64,000 nucleotides of DNA, from assembly GCF_006345805.1 (NCBI RefSeq), contig NC_043002.1:20212001-20276000 (forward strand), given 5' to 3'. Of this stretch, positions 51,110-63,880 are shown in pieces. The DNA is from Octopus sinensis. Lineage: Eukaryota. Each line of letters begins with the position of its first letter. Within the stretch, counting starts at the first letter, position 1. Position numbers and translations under genes: made by a program. The notes beneath the pieces were generated by a model. It was not told the origin of the DNA and ran no database searches. It saw only the letters and a list, made by a program, of their open reading frames with translations.

Positions 51110-51217
51110 CAAAACAATTCCATTTGTTGTTAATAAACATCTTACTAGCTGCTGCAATGTGAAGTTCTGCAGACAAAATAGTTTTCACTACTACATCTTC
51201 AATTTTCATCATCATTG
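51110..51217 (-). CDS. TTLL5: TTLL5 exon F (108 nt): AMMMKIEDVVVKTILSAELHIAAASKMFINNKWNCF
   Basis: ctcag acceptor, gtaagt donor; EDxxxKTIxSAE and NCF motifs; phase 1 to 1. Confidence 0.95.
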
Positions 51218-52501
51218 CTGAGAAAGAAAATATCAATATTCTGTAATACAGTACTGCATTAAAACAAATCACTGTTAATACACCACTAGTTTATGAATGG
51301 AACTAACTCCCCAAAATGTAATATATGTGAAAACTGGTCTACCCAATTCATTTAGGCCTGAAGTATTAACAGGTTAATAAGTAGTGTGTCTGATGACAAT
51401 TAAGGAGGATACAAACCAACAGATGAAATCCCAAAATAGGACTGAAATTATTGTAGCTGATTCCTCATTTTCTGTCCATAGATACTGTGCGTGTATGTGT
51501 AAATATGTATATCAAGTGTTTACATTTGTCAATACATACAGTGTTGGTTAAAAAAATCTATCGATATATTTTGTAGAATAGTATCATTCTGCATGCATAC
51601 CTATATCATTGTTTAACGTCCGCCTTTCATGCTAGCATAGGTGGAATGGTTTTACAAGAGCCAGCCAGGCAGAAGCCTGCACCAGACTCATGTGACTGTT
51701 TTATCAGGATTTTTACAGCTGGATGCCCTTCCAACCATCAATCACTTTACAGTGTGGACTGGGTGCTTTTAAGTGGCACCTGCACTCACAGGATCACCAA
51801 GTACTTGCAAGACAAAAAAAAAAACATTTCTTCACACTGAATCTGTGTGTGTGTGTGTGTATGTACACAAACTATCTGTTTACACTTGTACTTCACCAAA
51901 TAATCAGTTACAAGTGGTGACATTGCTGTCATTTCCCTAGTCAACAAATCAACCATTAGCTTTGTGCCTTTGAAGATATGTGAAGTAAGAGATTCCGCAT
52001 ACTGATAAATTAAGCATCATAAGGTTAAAATAGCAGCAAAGACACTAATTAAACCCTTACCAACTAATGACACTTAATTGCCAAAGGTCAATGATTTATA
52101 CCTTATAGTTATTGAACAGAATCCATAGCCAAGACATTTATTTCTCAATAACCTTGTCTACCTAGTATCATAGGGTGGTGTAATCCAAGTTATAAGCAAC
52201 AGCCAAATTAAAAGATACTTGTCTCTATTAAGGAAACTTACCAGCAACAGACTGGTGTCCTCTACAAAAGGTGGCTTGTCTGTTATCCATTGATAATACA
52301 GAAAATGGAATTAAGCACTAACAAAGTTGACATTTGAGACATGTGAGAGAATAAACATCAAACTCTCAGGCGATTTCCACCAAGAACAGTGAGACACCAA
52401 AACTAATATTTTTATACCATCTGGCTCTCTACAGGCTGAGTCATCTGTTAGTGCTTTCTTTAATGTCATTAGGTATTGGTTCTAGTCTCAAGTTAACTTA
52501 C

Positions 52502-52593
52502 CAGCAGTATCTGTTCCTTTTGCTTTGAGGTATCGTAATAATGCTCCAAGGGACCATTTGTTTCCATAATCTTCGATGTCAGGATCATCATTT
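52502..52593 (-). CDS. TTLL5: TTLL5 exon E (92 nt): [30 protein letters not shown]
   Basis: tacag acceptor, gtaagt donor; [13 protein letters not shown] is typical of TTLL5; phase 2 to 1. Confidence 0.95.
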
Positions 52594-52888
52594 CTGTAGA
52601 AGGCAATTGTGAAAGGAATTAACATTATCTTCAGGTACACCAACTGTGAGATTCAAGTGCTGTTCTATAGACCACATGGTCAGTCATTCAAATCTCCTAC
52701 TACAGCTATTGTGTGAATAACCTGAGCAGAGTATTGAATTTTCTTTTCTCCAGTTTGCCTAACTGAACACTATCAGGTTATGGATACAAATATATTATAT
52801 AACATTTTTGGGTGTTAGTTACATATATCAGTGTGTTAAACTATGACTCAATTTTCTAGTATTCTCACAGCATCTGCTAACTTCCCAT

Positions 52889-53200
52889 CAAGCTTCTGGT
52901 ACTGTTTCCTGAGCTTCTGATACTATCTTCTGAGCTTCTAGTAACATTCTCTGAGTGTCCAGTAATGTCCTCCAAGCATCTGGTAACATCTTCAACTTCA
53001 TACACTGCTTTTTGAGCTTCTAGATGTAAACATTAGATAATGTTCCCTGAGCTTTTGGTAATGCCCTTTGTATAGCTCATAACAGCTTCCAAACATCTGG
53101 CAATCATCTGATTATCTACCAAGCATCTGATAGCAGTACAACATCTGTTAATCTATATAATCAGTAACATTCTAAATATTTTGGCAAATCTTCAAGCTAT
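52889..53200. repeat. Diverged 21-bp minisatellite
   Basis: Units (T/C)(G/A)AGCTTCTGGTAAC... start at 52889, 52910, 52931, 52952 and 52973, then decay. Confidence 0.7.
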
Positions 53201-54468
53201 TGAATGATATCACTGGAGATGCAAGGAAGGTGAGATCATTTCAATCATTTGATCTCAATTTATCAGCAATAAACTGTAATAGGAACAACAGCAAATGATC
53301 CCTACTGTCTGATGACCAGTACTAAGGGATGACAATCCAAAACAACCAATCCAGGATTACAATCAATCCAAGGACTGGTTAATAAATGATCCAAAAACAA
53401 CATTCCAAGAAGAGACTCAAGAAAATTGCAAGCCAAGATAGACTGAGATAGTAAATTGTCAGATCAACACTGCAACATTTGAGATGAGGGCTGATAAAAT
53501 ACATTAAACAATGACTAGTAAACTAAAACAAGTTTTGGATAAAATAAAAATCAGATGGTTCTGCTTCAAACCATTTATGATGTTACTCTCAAAGTATAGT
53601 TACATCTCAAGAATGTTGAAGCATAGCTTCAGCCAACTGGTTAGAACTGGTAAGTAGCCATAATTTTAGCTTGCTTATTGTTGTTGACATTAAGAATGTA
53701 GATGCAATGTGTGAGCATTGATCTTATGCTCATTTCATTTGTGAGCCCCAACATTTTCACCTCCGAGTGAAATACTTAAAAGGTAGATAATTATATATTA
53801 CACATTCAGCATGTCAGCTATATTGACTAATAATGTGCTCACATTCCCTTGGGTTTAAACCCAAAACAACCGTCACAGTAAAACTAAGTATGCTACAGGC
53901 ACAGAATAGAGAAAACCATGGACTGTATTTTGTCAGATCAATGCATTCTGGGTTTAATGACTTAGTTATATGTATAATGGATCTGAGCAAAATTTTCAGA
54001 GAAAATGAAATACATAATTGATTTGCTGATGAAATATTTGTTCATCTTTGCTCAAAGGACATTATCTTCATAACAAAACTGTTTATATACATAAAATATA
54101 TTAAGCCTGCACTATACAGTGTGATATAACCATGGTCACTTTTAATCAAATCAACGCCATATTTAATACATAATGTTTACAAGTTGTAAACACACAAGAG
54201 AAAGAATGGCACTTAACTATGCAAAGTCTTGGGAATTTTTATGATGATCCAAATATGTAACAGTCTAGTTGCTGACTGTTTTCATTAACATGGAGCAGTA
54301 ATGATGAACCTAAGATGTGTGTCAGTGGTAACAACCCACAGGTGTTCTGAGTGACACACGATTGATTTTGAGAGAAAAAGAATCTCCCTGTAGCATTATA
54401 CCACGAAAAATTTTGCCTATAAATATTTATATAAAACAAATATACAAGTAAGTGACACTCCAGTAATG

Positions 54469-54727
54469 TCCACCATTACTGGAGTGTCACTTACTTGTAT
54501 GTGGTGGACAATGAAAAACCTGGCTGAAGACAGTCAAGGCTGATCTGGAACCCAACCTAGGCCCCCATATCTACGGCGTTTACCGCTGGAATATGGAGTG
54601 GTTGGAGATCATGCGGTCGTTAGCCTCAAATTGCCAGGTCTGGTCGGTGTTTGTGAGAGATGCAGCATTGAGTATGAATGAAGCCAGCTCAACCCACCCC
54701 GGGTGAATGCTGTCTCAAGACAAGAAG
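54469..54727 (+). mobile_element. 5'-truncated RTE LINE 3' end with 12-bp TSD and an inverted copy of the flank at the 5' junction
   Basis: TSD ACTCCAGTAATG at 54457-68 and 54728-39; KTWLKTVKADLEP...W RTE C-terminus; CAAGA tail. Confidence 0.8.
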
Positions 54728-54918
54728 ACTCCAGTAATGGTTTTTTTTAAAAGGAATTGAAATTTTCATGTATTAATTTGAGACACTTTTTTCACTCCAG
54801 CAGTTATAAGCTATTCATTCATATCATCCAATGCCAGTATAGCTGTCTCATTTGTCTACACTGAGCATGAATCCTTGATAGGCAACTGTTACAAGAAAAT
54901 GAAGACACGTCAACTCAC

Positions 54919-55020
54919 TTTACATAACTATCACTCTTCTTGTTCACACTGTAATTTGTCAGATGCATACATTGGTTTTTTAAACTTCGTTGACTCTTGT
55001 CGTATCTCACAGTTGCAAAT
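54919..55020 (-). CDS. TTLL5: TTLL5 exon D (102 nt): [34 protein letters not shown]
   Basis: tacag acceptor, gtgagt donor; [10 protein letters not shown] motif; phase 2 to 2. Confidence 0.95.
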
Positions 55021-55850
55021 CTGTAAAAAAGCAAACGAAAATAGTGATTTTTAAGCATTTAGAATGTAAATGTACAAGCATTGAGAAAGAAGTAACAGAA
55101 AGGTTTTATTTATGATAAACCTCAAATTCAATTCAGCTATAAATAATAACTTCTCAACCACATGGTTTTGGGTTCAGTCCCACTGTTTGGCATCTTAGTA
55201 AAGCATCTTCTACAATAACCCAAGACTAACCAAAACCTTGTGAGTGGATATGGTAGATGAAAATTGTAAGAATCCTAGTGTGGGTGTGAATATATGCAAG
55301 TCTATATATGCACACACACACAAATATGTATATGTACAAATGTGTCCCCTTATTTGACATCAGATGATAGTTGTAAATAAGTAACACAGTCATACAAGCA
55401 GGGTTATTCATTTCCAGTATTCTCAGGAAACATGTTCAGCCAAGGAGAAATATTACCTTGCTAGGAAACAAGTGAGAGTTGGCTATAGAAAGGGCATCCA
55501 GCCATAGAAAATATGCTTTAATAAGCACCATCCAACCCATGGAAGCATTGAAAAATTGTTGTTAAAGTGATAATGTCAATGGTGATTATATCCTTAAGCT
55601 CAACAAATAAAGGAAATCAATGCTATTAGATCAAGCCATACACTCCAGCACCATATAGCTCTACATCAAGGTAAATCTTAACCAGTGCCCCACCTAGTCA
55701 CTTGACCAACTTGCCATATGCATTAGATGCGTCTACAAAAAAGATGAGTTTTCAGTAGTGTTCCAGTAATACATTATAGGAGATGGTCTATAAATCTGAG
55801 ACAGTGAGCAAAGTCTTCCTCTAGATAGACCCAACTGCAGTTGATGCAGT

Positions 55851-56194
55851 AATGGGGAGACCCCCTTCGGTCATGAATGACCATGGGATTGCACCTAGAA
55901 AGTTACCCTCCGAGGTACAAGTCCGGGCAAGGTTGTTTGTGGAAGGCCAGCAGTCGCCTATGCATACCAGCTTCCCTTCTCCACATCACTGATATTATCC
56001 AAGGGAAAGGTAAAGGGGCTGATACAGCTTGGCACCAGTGATATCGCAACTCATTTCTACAGCTGAGTTAACTGGAACAACATGAAATAAAGTGTCTTGC
56101 TCAAGAACACAACACGCAGCCTGGTCTGGGAATCGAACTCACAACATCACGATCGTAAACCCGATGCTCTAACCACTGAGCCATGCACCTTCAC
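55851..56194 (-). mobile_element. tRNA-headed SINE (family D)
   Basis: Minus-strand head GGCTCAGTGGTTAGAGC...GAGTTCGATTCCC; body not tRNA-like. Confidence 0.75.
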
Positions 56195-56240
56195 GATGCG
56201 GTAATAAACTATAATAATAATAGAGAAAACAAAAACTCAC

Positions 56241-56325
56241 CTAGTGAGACCTTCTTCATACAGATACACTACCAAAGGGTCATATGATGTCACTGCGACA
56301 TAAAGACGTATGTCAAACTTGAAAC
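56241..56325 (-). CDS. TTLL5: TTLL5 exon C (85 nt): [29 protein letters not shown]
   Basis: ttag acceptor, gtgagt donor; KFDxRLYV and YxEGLxR TTLL motifs; phase 1 to 2. Confidence 0.95.
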
Positions 56326-56655
56326 CTAACAATAAAGAAATACATTCAAATGGATTTTCTGACAAAGAAAGAAAATTGTGATATTTTATGGTAAATACTG
56401 TGGAATATAGAATACAATGAAATTTGGTGTCTCATTCAGTAAAGCAAGAGAAAAGTACAATGGAATAAATTTAGTGGGAGGGAAACAGTCAATTAAATTA
56501 ATTCCAGTAATTAACTGCTTTTTTATTTTATTGAAACTACTTCCAATCCACAAAGACAAAAGTTGACTTTGGCAGCAGCACAGCTGGGAAAGAAGAGTGT
56601 CATGAGTGACACTTTATGAGGGCAGCAATTTTGAGCCTGTTGTAAAAACCTTTAA

Positions 56656-56876
56656 CACTTTAGCATTTAAACTGGCCATATCTGGCCAAAAGTATTCAGC
56701 CTGTTTTATGTTCAAACTGGCCAGATCTGGTCTCTCACACCAACCCTACAATATCGTTTTAAAAATTAACAGCTACCTCATCAAAATCTCATAGCTACAA
56801 GATAATGCATGATTAGTTCAAAACAGTGTGAATGAAAAAGCATTAATTTTAGCAGAATAATGTGAACACTAAAGGG
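56656..56876. mobile_element. piggyBac-type MITE family P3 (221 bp)
   Basis: TTAA|CACTTTAG...CTAAAGGG|TTAA. Confidence 0.75.
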
Positions 56877-57109
56877 TTAAAGGCTTGGGTGCCTGGCAAA
56901 CTGAAGTGGCACCCTAGGTGGCACACACACACACGCATACACACACACACACACATACATACACACACCAGCTATGCCACTGGATTTGCATTGAGTACAC
57001 AAAGAGCCATAACTAAATGTTACAAAGTATTTAACCAGATGCTTTACCGATTCTACTACTTTCCTACCAGTTTATTAAGTAATAATAATGTTAATAATTC
57101 TATAGTTAC

Positions 57110-57179
57110 CATCAATGAGCAAAGGATTCTGGATATATTTAGAAACAATGAGATGTTCATCAAAAGGCACTTGTTCTGG
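57110..57179 (-). CDS. TTLL5: TTLL5 exon B (70 nt): PEQVPFDEHLIVSKYIQNPLLID
   Basis: tttcag acceptor, gtaact donor; SKYIxNPLLI is a TTLL motif; phase 0 to 1. Confidence 0.95.
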
Positions 57180-58094
57180 CTGAAATGAGTTGGAAAAAGA
57201 AAATATCATCTCTTTATCTAAGAGATATTTTGGTAATTAAAAATTAAATAATTCTGAGATACATCCATGAGATAAACAACAGTATTGTGGGTGAAAACAT
57301 ACTTAATGCTTGTAATGTTATAAAGTTTAAGTAGAATCAAATACAGTGCTTTGCTTGTTTGTAATTAGCAATGGGAGATAACTCTAAACATGTTTTACTC
57401 TCATTAAGCTTCCTCAGTAGCAATGAAACTTCAATGACTTACAGAAGTGTAGACAAATGAATCACGAAGTAAATATACTGATAAACATGTTTGTTGGAAT
57501 AGTGAAAGAATTGTTAAGCTGCATTCATTTTAGATTACATCTCAAACAAGATCTAAATTTACAAAGATATCCAACCATGTTAATATTGGTGAGGACGTTA
57601 ATGTTCATCATCACTATTTAATGTTCAATTTTACATGTTTGTTTGGGTTAGATGGAAATTATTCAGGTAGATATACCACAGCTGGATACTCTTCCTGTTA
57701 CCAAACCTTACCTATTTTCAAGCAGAGTAGCATTTCTCCATGGCCAGATATGCTTTTCACAGAAGACAGAAAACAAACAACTTTACTTGTATGATAACAA
57801 TGCTCATTTATAAGCACTGATGTCTAGACAAGAGTAAACACAAACACATGTGCATAATAAGCTTCTTTCAGTTTCCATCTACCAAATCCACTCACAAGGC
57901 TTTGGTTGGCTTGGAGCTATAGTAAAAAAACACTTGCCTCAGGTGCCATGCAGTGGGACTGAACCCAAGACTGCATGGTTGTGAAACTAGCTTCTTAACC
58001 ACACAGCCAAACCACATACAAAACGCAAAGAGAAAAAGAACACAAATACAGATGCATATCTAAGCAAGAATGTCCAGATTTTGAGGGTACTTAC

Positions 58095-58177
58095 ATGACT
58101 TACTAGGTGTACTCCACGACCTCTAGATGAAGCCACAGGTTTAATTATCCATGGTCCCCTATCTTTACAGAACGAAC
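58095..58177 (-). CDS. TTLL5: TTLL5 exon A (83 nt), catalytic core: [27 protein letters not shown]
   Basis: CAG acceptor at 58178-80, GTAAGT donor at 58094; [13 protein letters not shown] matches the TTLL5 ATP-grasp motif; the upstream exon was not found in 58200-64000. Confidence 0.95.
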
Positions 58178-58301
58178 CTGAAATATATAGCAATACATAT
58201 TGAAGAACTCAATCACAATACCACTGGCATACCATTTAAACCTTTGCTTTAAATGATACAAATGCTAGTTACTTTCATGTTAATATAAAATTGAATAAGG
58301 A

Positions 58302-58680
58302 TCATCATCATCATCGTTTAGCATCCGCTTTCCATGCTAGCATGGGTTGGACGGTTCAACTGGGGTCTGGGAAGCCAGAAGGCTGCACCAGGCCCAGTCT
58401 GATCTGGCAATGTTTCTACGGCTGGATGCCCTTCCTAATGCCAACCACTCCGTGAGTGTAGTGGGTGCTTTTTACGTGCCAGACGAGTCTGGCAAACGGC
58501 CACAATCGGATGGTGCTTTTTACGTGCCACTGGCACGGGGACCAGGTGAGGCTGGCAACGGCCATGAACGGATGGTGCTTTTTACATGCCACCGACACGA
58601 GGCCAGTCGGGGCGGCGCTGGCAACGGCCACGTTCAGATGGTTCTCTTACATGTCACTGGCACTAGTATCACAGCTGCAA
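58302..58680 (-). mobile_element. SINE family C with about 4 internal tandem units
   Basis: GGTGCTTTTTAC(G/A)TGCCA...GGCAACGGCCA recurs. Confidence 0.85.
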
Positions 58681-59060
58681 TTTCCATTGATGTTGATCGA
58701 TTAAATGTTGCTTCAACAGCAATGTAATAGGAAAGTCTGTTAATCTGTGCAATACTGTGTAACATACCAAAAAAAACTGTATGTAATAATGGGTTCAAAT
58801 TTTGACACAAGGCCAGCAACTTCGGGGAGGGGATAAGTCTGTTGCCTCAACACCAGTGTTCAGCTGGTACTTATTTAATCAACCCCAAAATGATGAAAAG
58901 CAAAGTCAACCTAGGTGGAATTTGAACTCAGAATTTAAAGATGGATAAAATGCCATTAAGCATTTTTCCCAGTGTGCTTATAATTCTGTCAGCTCGTGCC
59001 TTCAAGCTGTTTGTAATAATACTTGTATTGCATCTTGAAAACGGGTTACTGCATGTAATA

Positions 59061-59139
59061 CAAGGTGTGTCCATAAATTATGTTGACAATTTGAAGTTTG
59101 TAAGTGTGAAAGTGGTAAAGATAATTTATGGACACATGG
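59061..59139. mobile_element. Miniature Tc1/mariner-type MITE (79 bp)
   Basis: TA|CAAGG-TGTGTCCATAAATTAT...ATAATTTATGGACACA-TGG|TA; 16-bp perfect inverted core. Confidence 0.65.
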
Positions 59140-60100
59140 TACTTCATGCAAGAAGAATTCAATGTATCATAAAAGTGGATATCAAGAAAGTAACAGTTAA
59201 TAATAATGTTCAAGAGATTGGAATGGCAGAAATGGTATTGCTTCAGCATTAACTCTACATAACCAGAAGTATCTATCAATGAGTAATAGGCTTTACTGAT
59301 CTCTTACCCAATTCACCCTCAGTCATTAATACAATGAACCATGCTTCAGTAGAATTAAATGATAATCAAGAAATGCAAAATTGCATCCAGTCAACTATTT
59401 TCTGTTCTTTATTTATTGAGGAAGGAATGCCATACAAAATCAACTGGAAACAACAGGAACAAACCAGCCATACATGAACAGAAGTAGGTAGTGCAAGCTT
59501 TGCTTGACTAAAAAGAGAATATTTCACTTGAGCCTGATACCTTCTTAAATATAAAAGATGAAAATTTTAGCTGCTGCCTCCATGATAGAAAATTTGTTTC
59601 AGTAACATGGTCTTTCCTTTTTCAGACTATAGAAAAGAAAACATATGCAGGAATAGCTGACTTATGGCAACAGCTGAAATCAAATCAAGGGAGGCAACTC
59701 TTCTTTCTTCCCATTTTTTTCACACCACTAAGCAAGCCAGGACAGTATATTCACCTCCAGCATAAAAGAAGTTATATGCTTCCAGCCAGCATGTTTCAGG
59801 AGTGATCAATATTGCCAAGCACAATAGTAGGCGCAAAACCAATGTTAACTCCCTGAATGGTTATATACCATAACCAAGAATATTCTATATGACAAAATAA
59901 AAGTAAATGTGTGTGTGTGTGTACATGTTTGTTCTTACGAGAAGTTATATATATAATAATTTAACATTAACTGAAGAATTACTGTGTTTGGTACTCGTAA
60001 ATACTAATTATTACAAGAGAAGGCTGACATTAAAGTTGACAGACAAATCAAATCTTTGAAGTCACTTTCAAACTTTTCCTTGTGAAAATTAATACACACG

Positions 60101-60285
60101 CATCATCATCATCATCATCGTTTAAGGTCTGCTTTCCATGCTAGCATGAGTTGGATGATTTTGACTGAGAGCTGGCGAACCAGATGGCTGCACCAGGCCC
60201 CAATCTTGATCTGGCAGAGTTTCTACAGCTGGATGCCCTTCCTAACGCCAACCACTCCGAGAATGTAGTGGGTGCTTTTTACATG
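60101..60285 (-). mobile_element. SINE family C
   Basis: (CAT)n tail and core. Confidence 0.85.
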
Positions 60286-61155
60286 CTACTTCACGCATAT
60301 TTATATAAATATATATATATATAATATATATATACATACATACAGGAGTTATGTAATGCAGAAGATAAGATCCAGGCTACAAATGTTTCAAAGCAAGCAA
60401 AACCTCCGAAGTGATAAATATCCAAGCAAGGTGTTTACTGCAGGCTACTTGTCAGGCCAAGGGTATCTTGATTAAATGAAGTTTACACTGTTGCAAGGAG
60501 GTACATATTAACATATAGAAGATTCAAACTTCCTTTTATATATATATATATATAAAGTTCAAAGGTTTTTCCTGAGCCTTAAGCTCACAAAGCTCAACTG
60601 ATCTGCTAGAAGTAGCAATCAAATCTCCCTCAAGTAATACTTTGTCTAATGTGTCTTTCTTTACCTAAGACAGCAGTGTAGACCTGCATATCTCTAAGGT
60701 GAGATGGTCATGATTGGAATGTTTGTTTAATTAAGCAAACAAAACTAGGCAAACAAAACAAGGCAAACAATGACCATAATTAGCAAGCCAAGAGAACCTC
60801 TGTGTGGTCATTCAAAATGCTGGTAATAATAGTTAAATCTCCCTCAAATAACACCCTAATATCTTGAAAAGGAAATATGCACAATATTGTCCTGGATGTA
60901 CACAAAAGGATTGCCACACCTGTTGGAATTTATATATAGCTGTTAGATATACCCTAAAGATAAGATGGTCACAACATTTGCTATAGCCATTTTATGTCCG
61001 CTCGATCAGGGCTGACCAAGAGTCAAACAGCAACAATATAAATTTATAAGGCAGGAGAGCTGTTTGGGAAGTGCAGAGTATAAATGGCCAAATCAACTGG
61101 ATCTTTTCAGTTTGATGCACAGTGTTTGATTTTAATGAAAATTTCTATACATGTA

Positions 61156-62007
61156 CAAGGTGATATCGAAAAGTTCCCAGACTAGTTCTGTAGTGCACCA
61201 ACAGATGACAGCACTCAGTTGCTTGCACAGTGAGGGCTAGCAGTGACCTTCATGAAGCAGTGTGCTGAGTGACATTGCTGGGTTTACTTCACAAATTGTG
61301 AAATTTGCAGTCTGTGATTTTGTCATGGACAGCAACAAAGAGCCAGCATGAAATTTTGCATCAAACTTGGGAAGTCTGCTACAGACATTGAGCATGCTTT
61401 GGCAAGCTTACGACAATAAGGCAATGGTTGTATGCCATATTTTGAATGCTTCAAAAGCAGAAAAATGTCCCTGGAAGATGAAGACCCACCACAAGCATCA
61501 CCTCTGGAAATGTGGTATTGTACATTGAGAATTCCATCTCCCAGAGCCAGAGTGTCAATCGAGAGTTCTACTGCAATATTTTGAAGTGTTTGAGGGAGGA
61601 AATTTGAAGAAAGCAACAGGATCTGTGGAGCACAAAGAATTGGATTTTTCACAATGACAATGCACCTTGTCACCGAGCTCCCAAAAACATGGTATCACTT
61701 CTGCACCCACCCTACTCATCAGATTTAGCACCTGTGGATTTCCATCTCTTTCCCAAGATGAAACTGAAGCTCAAAGATCACCATTTTAACACCATTGTCG
61801 AGATCCAGAACGAATTGCAGAAGGTCCTCGACTTGCTTACAGAAAACGACTTCCAGGCCTGATTAGAAAAGTGGCAGGAATGCTGGGAGGACCAGTGGAT
61901 TGCTGCGCAGGGTGACTATTTCGAAGTAGATGATATTAAAACTTGGGTAAATAAGCTATTTTGTTTATTAAACATAATTAGTCCAGGAACTTTTCGATAC
62001 CACCTTG
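61156..62007 (+). mobile_element. Internally deleted mariner transposon (852 bp)
   Basis: TA TSDs; 29-bp TIRs 26/29 identical; HTH remnant MKFCIKLGKSAT, catalytic remnants WIFHNDNAPCH and HPPYSSDLAPVDFHLFPKMK...QGDYFE; stops and frameshifts. Confidence 0.92.
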
Positions 62008-62083
62008 TAGTTTCGCATGTCAATTAAAAAGCCACAACCATATTTTTGGGAAATTAATAATGAAAAATGTTATGAAGCTTTAT

Positions 62084-62458
62084 AGATTGAAATGCTTTGT
62101 AATTTTAACCACTCACATCCATCTAATTTTGAAATATCATTGCGACATTATGGGAAGCATCAGGCTCTTTTCATTTGTATTTTTTTTTTGAGAGATAACA
62201 TTACATAATGCTACTTATTTTTTAAGAAATTAATAAAACATTACAAAATCTTTAAAGATGAAAATATTTAATGCAAGAAAATAGAACAATAAATTTGGCA
62301 TTAGCAATGAAGTTTTGTGATGCAGTGCAAACCTTAAATCCTAATTCCATGACGATATCAATTAGTTGCTATGGGAACAAATACAAGTAGATTGTGGATT
62401 TCCATAATGTTGACAATGGAAAGATCTGAGTGGTTAATATCAGATAAAATTTCAATCT
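62084..62458. mobile_element. Old MITE / foldback with about 60-75-bp imperfect inverted ends
   Basis: AGATTGAAAT..TTAACCACTCA..CATTATGG mirrored by CCATAATG..TGAGTGGTTAA..ATTTCAATCT. Confidence 0.55.
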
Positions 62459-63439
62459 TTAGAAGTTGTAGCTTTTATATTCATTTTTAAATACATGGTT
62501 GTTATTTTCATAATTTCACATATAAAACATCTGGGTAGAAATTTTCAATAAAGTCAGACACTATGCATCAATCCAAAAAGATTCAATCTAAATTATTTTA
62601 CTTGGCCTTAGAAGGCAGAAAAATAAGGTTAACCAGCAGGGAATCGAATTCACAGCACCAAAAAGGCACCGGACTGTTAAAAGTTAAGTAACTTAGCAAT
62701 GGGCACAATGTGTAGCAATAACTAGACATGACCTGCTAACCTCAGCTGATATTGTCTGTGTAAGAGGTATGGATCTTTTAATCCTTGGCATTGTAGGATT
62801 ACTGGATTTAAGCCTCTCACTTATAACATTAAAAAAATCAAACAGCAATGCCACTTACAACATCAAAAACAAATAACAATACCACTAACATTGAAAATAA
62901 AAACAATGACATCCTACAACACAGAAAAATATAACACCAATATCTCAAAGAGCTTTGCAGCTAATGCACCAGCTTATCAATTGTCTCACATTCATTGCTG
63001 ATATACATCAGTGAAATGCACACACACACATGAGTATGCATACGTGTGTGTACATGTGTGCAGCTTCATAAACATTTCAAAATCAAACAAGATTGACCTT
63101 CTTTGGGAAGCTGACATCTGGAGTATGAAAATGGAGCTTCAAGATCACTTTGCTGGTGCAAACACCTGACTTTTCATGAGCCCTCAAATCATCTTGTGGT
63201 TTGAGCACAAGGTCAAAGAGAAGATTTATGAACACATTCCATTCATCCCTATGATTATTGCTCAATGCAGAGAAGCCTTGCAGGTCACTGCTGTTGTGCT
63301 GAATAGTTAGTCCGTATTACATGTAATATTTTAGATACTTTTACACCTTAACAGAGTGCAAAACTACTCAGCTACAGGGATCTTATTAGCAGGTGATACA
63401 CAACATGAAATTAAGGACTTATCAGAGCTACCAAAAATT

Positions 63440-63880
63440 CCTGGCATGGTGTGATGAAACCTCACCAGTCTGGAACCCCTATCTTGCTCAGGACATCAAC
63501 CTCCTGGAAACTATTCAGAGATATGCAACCAACTGAATACTCTCCATCAGGCATCTGCCATACTCTGAATGCCTTGCTTCTCTGGGCATGCATACTTTGA
63601 AGCTCTGATGTTTGGCAACTGACTTGGTAAACACCCACAAAATTATTAACCATCATGCCAACAACAACCTTGAGCACCTTTTTGAATTCCATGTGTCTAT
63701 CACATGTAAGCATGCCTACAAAGTTAGAAAACAGTACAGCTCCCATGACTTTTGGAAACATTTTTTCACACTCAGAGTTGCTGAAGCATCGAACAAACTA
63801 CCTGCACCAGTTGCTAGTTGCCAAGACATTGCATCCTTTAAAACTTCCATGCTTCCTAACATTTGCAAACACTACACCTG
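63440..63880 (+). mobile_element. CR1 LINE 3' fragment
   Basis: WNPYLAQDINLLETIQR...LASLGMHTL...KHAYKVRK...FWKHFFTLRV...NKLP. Confidence 0.9.

Noticed and set aside
53294-53333. ATGA-TCCCT...CTGATGA...AGGGA-TGA hairpin resembling a SECIS, C/D box or hammerhead
   Set aside because: No apical AA for a SECIS, no GAAA for a hammerhead, no properly spaced C/D pair, and it is antisense within an intron.
58941-59279. ORFs of 103 and 77 aa
   Set aside because: They are stitched from a SINE end, the mini-mariner and AT-rich flank.
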